This document shows positions 59,748 to 64,000 of a stretch of DNA of 64,000 nucleotides, in pieces. Both the position numbers and the translations under genes were made by a program. This stretch comes from Macrostomum lignano (taxonomy: Eukaryota): contig NIVC01002522.1 in assembly GCA_002269645.1 (NCBI GenBank), positions 62,001-126,000 on the forward strand, given 5' to 3'. How positions within the stretch are numbered: the stretch's first letter is position 1; each line of letters starts with the position of its first letter. Under the pieces are notes generated by a model, which saw nothing but the letters and a program-made list of their open reading frames with translations, had not been told where the DNA came from and searched no databases.

Positions 59748-61993
59748 GGCATGTGAGGGTTTCACGACAGATATTCAGACAGACATTCAAAACGATCGTC
59801 TGTAACTTTAAACAAAATTGACCCGCTTCAACCATCTTTTTGGTAAATATTTACACAAGTGTTGGACGTCGAATAAGCTTTAATTTATTAACTGAAGTAA
59901 AAATCCTTCTGACATACATTGATTTTAAAATTGCTTAGCAACACTCTGATTAGACATTGCTTTACCATTGACTGAAATTGTTTTGATCGTAGCAGCCTAA
60001 AAGCAGATACTGGATTAAAAAATGCTTTGATTTACTCTTTACGCATGTCTCAGCTTTAAAATGACATGTCAGGTGTCGCAAAAGACAGCTTTGATGCTGA
60101 GATATTCGACACTAAATCTCAACATTTGAAACCGTCCTTGAACTATTTCAGAGTTAAGTGAGCTAATGGTATCAAATGGAAGGCTAGTGCTCGTACTCGT
60201 AAGCAAAGCAGGTTCACAATTGAAATGGTTGTATTCATGGCCATGGGATCTAAACTGATCTGTTTCAATGTCACTTGCTTCGGTCTCAGAAGGAGCAGCA
60301 GTTGATGGACTGAGGTGAGAAGAAGATGCGTCACGACTTGAGCTATTTTTAGAAAACATCTTTATCCAATTAAATATTTTTATGCGGTTCCTTAGGTTGT
60401 TCCGTATTCCAAGTCTAGAAGTCAAGACAGAAATAAAGTTGAGAACTGCTACAATAGTCTGTAGGGATTGGAAAGCTTAGCAGTACATTAGAAATCGCCT
60501 GTTCAATCTAAAAAGTATGAAGTACATAGCTATTGGGTTGCAACAAGAGTCAAAAAAATTCTTCCTTTTTATTCCCACCGCTTACCTCATTCCAATTTGG
60601 ATAGCAGAAGCCAAGCAAAAAAAAGTAAAAACATAACAAATAAACTATTTGCTTCATATTAATTGCCATTGACTGTTAATAAAAGCGACATCAATTTCTC
60701 TCAATAACAGTTGGAACATGTTTCTTGTATGCTCGTATATATATTTGAACTGCAAAGCGGTAAAAAAGTCATGATTGGTCTCCATATGTACGAATGTACT
60801 CTCATTGACTCACTGACTTAGGTAGAATCTATGCAAGATAAAGGCAGGAATCTTTAAAAATCAAAAACTGAAGACAGTTTAAGAGAAGTCCAGGTTTAAA
60901 CTGGACATGACTAGAATTTGATGAGATTCTAATGAAAAACAAGGACATGGCAGCTGCACAAATATCGATAAAAATCAGTGAAATTTCTGAATATGAGTTC
61001 GCGCAAAGCAATGTTTAGTGTCGAATATCTCAGCATCAAAGCTGTCTTTTGCGACGCCTGATGTGTCATTTTAAAGCTGAGACATGCGTAAAGAGTAAAT
61101 CAAAGCATTTTTTAATCCAGTATCTGCTTTTAGGCTGCTACGATCAAAACAATTTCAGTCAATGGTAAAGCAATGTCTAATCAGAGTGTTGCTAAGCAAT
61201 TTTAAAATCAATGTATATCAGAAGGTTTTTTACTTTAGTTAATAAATTAAAGCTTATTCGACGCCCAACACTTGCGTAAATATTTGCCAAAAAGATGATT
61301 GAAGCGGGTCAATTTTGTTTAAAGTTACAGACAATCGTTTTGAATGTTTGTCTGAATATCTGTGGTGAAACCCTCACATTATTATGGCAAACATAGTGGC
61401 AAATAGCCTTGCCCTTGGGGAATGACTATCTTAAAAACTTAAAAACATATTTTTAAGTGACTTTGTGTCTTGAATTAACTTAATAATAATAACAAGCCTT
61501 AGCCATTAGGCTTAAGGCCTATAAATATGAAATAAGAGATTTAGCAATAGCATTAAGTACATTTAGATTTAGCTAAAATACAAGCTTGCCTTTCTTTTTT
61601 CCCTATTTCTAAAAAGAAGTGCTTATCCCCATTCCCATAGTCCCGTGCTAACAATTCCAATTTTATCCATATTCCATATGGATCTGTGTCAATAATTTCC
61701 AGCTTATCCCATGGCTAAGCCGCTAAGATTATGCAGATTGTTTGTGTTTAGTTTTGTGTACTGACATTAAATTGATATTGTCATTATTATTTTTAATATT
61801 ATCATTAGGCCTATTAATATATATTAAATTTCAAATTTTGCAAGTCTCATTCACCCTAATCTTTGGGTTGTTTGTTCATTCTAAACAAATCCAGCAGCTA
61901 AGCAAATATAAAAAATTAGGCCCCTAACCCTTTTTAATGTCAAAAGGTTTTTAACAAAGACTGACAAAGTATGCAATATCATTCAGTATTCAA

Positions 61994-62668
61994 CAATGAT
62001 GAGCATGGGCACTAGCGCTGCTAAATTTGAATTCTGCTAAAGCATTGCTAACATTTTGTTAGTGCCACTAATTTTGCTAAATTGAAATTCCAATTAGTGC
62101 GCTTGGCGCTTTCAAAGCACCACTAATATTTTTTGAAAATTGCTAATTGTGCTAAAGTCATTTTTTGTTATAAAACTAAATGGTTAGGCCTAATGACTGT
62201 TTAATACTTAAAATGAGACCCTATTTAAGTAATAAGTTAAAGATTACATAAATCTACCTATATTAAATCTAATGTTTCTAATTTTCTTAGAAATGCTAAA
62301 CAAAATTTGAATTTCTTTTTTTTGCTTTCATTATCAACAATTGATCTTGTTTTTGTTATTGACTTTTAAAAGTTTTCTTACTACTTTTAATTTCTTAGCA
62401 AAGAGTTGTTGATTAATTTAATTTAATTTAAAAATTTAATCAAAGAATTCAACGTTTAACTCAGTTGATATTCTAAGCAATGATGCGAAGCAACAGGCTA
62501 TATCAACAGGGTGATAGTGGGGTTAATAAATCCTATACCACCATTTCAAGCTAATAATCTCGCTATCCTTCTTGAGTATAAGAAGGTATTGCTAATTATT
62601 TTCTTCTATTAGTTAGTGACAGTGCTAATTAGTGGCGTTCAAAATAATTTTAATGGTGCCCATCACTG
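61994..62668. mobile_element. hAT-like element nested in M1 copy 2
   Basis: Ends CAATGATG(AGCAT)GGGCAC...GTGCCCATCACTG; TSD GTATTCAA/GTATTCAG; copy 1 has a single GTATTCAG at the equivalent site. Confidence 0.65.
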
Positions 62669-62774
62669 GTATTCAGTACATGTAGTTTATTTGGAAGATT
62701 TGTAAAACAGTGAAAACAAAAGGATGGTTTTTGAACCAATTCATTTTAATGTTATTTATTCCAATAAGCTGCCA

Positions 62775-63047
62775 CATACATGCGCAACTGCTGGCCGACC
62801 TGGCCGATCTGGCCACTGTAAATTGTTGTGGACCAGGGGTAAGTTGCAAAAATGCCCAGCCTAAAAAATACAGAGGTAGTACTAATTAAATGACGAGGCA
62901 TTTAGCCCTTATAAGACAGTCATAGTTACTCCTGCTGTTTACCCAAAATTGTGTTAGGTTTCTTTTACAGGTAACTTGGTAAGTCGCATTTTTGGTCAAA
63001 AAGTAAGTCGCATGGCCAGTGTAAATCAGGGGGGTTGCGCATGTATG
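62775..63047. mobile_element. hAT-like MITE (273 bp) nested in M1 copy 2
   Basis: Perfect TIR CATACATGCGCAAC...GTTGCGCATGTATG; exact 8-bp TSD AGCTGCCA. Confidence 0.88.
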
Positions 63048-64000
63048 AGCTGCCATGGGGATAAGCTAAAAATTATCAACATGGATCTGTATGGATAAAA
63101 TTGAAATTATTGGCATGGGACTGTGGGGATAAGCATTTCTTTTCTAGAAATCCTTGAATCCCCTTGATTCAATATTAGGCTTAAGCTAAATAGCCAAGTA
63201 GCATTTCAAGCATGCTTAGGCTTAGGCACGAACAACCATAGACCTAGATACCATAATAACTAAGATATTATAGTATCTATAAGCACAATTTCAGGAATCA
63301 CTTGAGCATTTTATTGGCAACACATATGCCCTATTGGAATATATGGACAAAATGTGTCTAACCATTTGTCGCAATTTTGGAATTTTCTAGTAGTCGCATT
63401 GTGGCTAGAGTCATAGCAGGTGGTATTGTAGCATGGTACAGTTTTTGGGTAAATGGCAAGCATAATTATAACTATCTTATTAAGGCTAAATGCCTCATTA
63501 TCTAATTAGTATTACACTTGCATTTAGTATGAAAGTTAATATGTTTTGTGTTATATTGTATTTTAGAACTACAATTTTAGACCCTATGTTATATGTTTAT
63601 AGGTTTTTTACACTTATTCAAATAGGGCAGGACATGTAAGTCACTATTAATATTGAACAAAATAGTAGTCACACAACTGCTCTTAACCAATAGTGACATA
63701 CATATGTTTGTTGCAAATAGAAACAGCTGGCTGATTTCCAAGGTTTCACATGTATGATTTTAAGCAAGTAGTTCTAATAAGCACAGTCATAAAAAGTTTA
63801 AAGTTCTTAGGCCAAATTTAAATTAAAAAATCCAAAAAATCCATATTGTTTAAAATCTAAAAAAGAAAAGCTTTTTTATAACTTAAAATAAAAATGACTC
63901 TAAAGTTAGGTCAACTATGACAATGTATTCTTATGATCTTATATATTGTAACTTTATACTTATCATTACCTTAGGATCAAAGTTTATTTAGGCATTACAT

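Larger units (their letters stand above)
58832..61379. mobile_element. Mutator-like non-autonomous element (family M2) with 366-bp TIRs
   Basis: Left TIR 58832-58836 plus 59756-60116 (split by a hAT insertion); right TIR 61014-61379; ends ATGTGAGGG...CCCTCACAT; exact 9-bp TSD TATTATGGC (58823-58831, 61380-61388). Confidence 0.85.
61615..63140. mobile_element. Mutator-like MITE, family M1 copy 2 (inverted), carrying two hAT insertions
   Basis: TIRs AGAAGTGCTTATCCCC...GGGGATAAGCATTTCT; TSD TTTCTAAAA/TTTCTAGAA (8/9); inner flanks are reverse complements of those in copy 1. Confidence 0.8.

Noticed and set aside
63330-63560. Additional inverted, diverged copy of the 62775-63047 MITE
   Set aside because: Internal similarity is visible (about 63440-63515 vs 62875-62955), but ends and TSD could not be defined.

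Overview
Eukaryotic (animal) genomic DNA. GC3-rich coding exons, short introns and dense minisatellites suggest a free-living flatworm such as Macrostomum; this is an inference only. The first ~53 kb carries about 30 tandem arrays plus the following. (1) A young, compact Ty3/Gypsy (Mag-like) LTR retrotransposon (4490-9017) whose LTRs each hold three perfect heat-shock elements just upstream of a TATA-like box. (2) A spliced orphan gene (16647-20894, +). (3) A minus-strand allatostatin-C-like (PISC) neuropeptide precursor gene that the ORF track misses (23151-26099). (4) A teashirt/TSHZ zinc-finger gene (39761-42277). (5) An intronless DEG/ENaC channel gene (48676-50262). (6) A three-exon PPP1R14 (CPI-17/PHI-1) phosphatase-inhibitor gene (53638-54419, -). 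tRNA-headed SINEs are also present. The last ~10 kb is AT-rich, lacks minisatellites and is packed with TSD-bounded, partly nested non-autonomous DNA transposons (Mutator-like, hAT-like and Harbinger-like). All calls come from reading the sequence and recalled family motifs; no searches were run.
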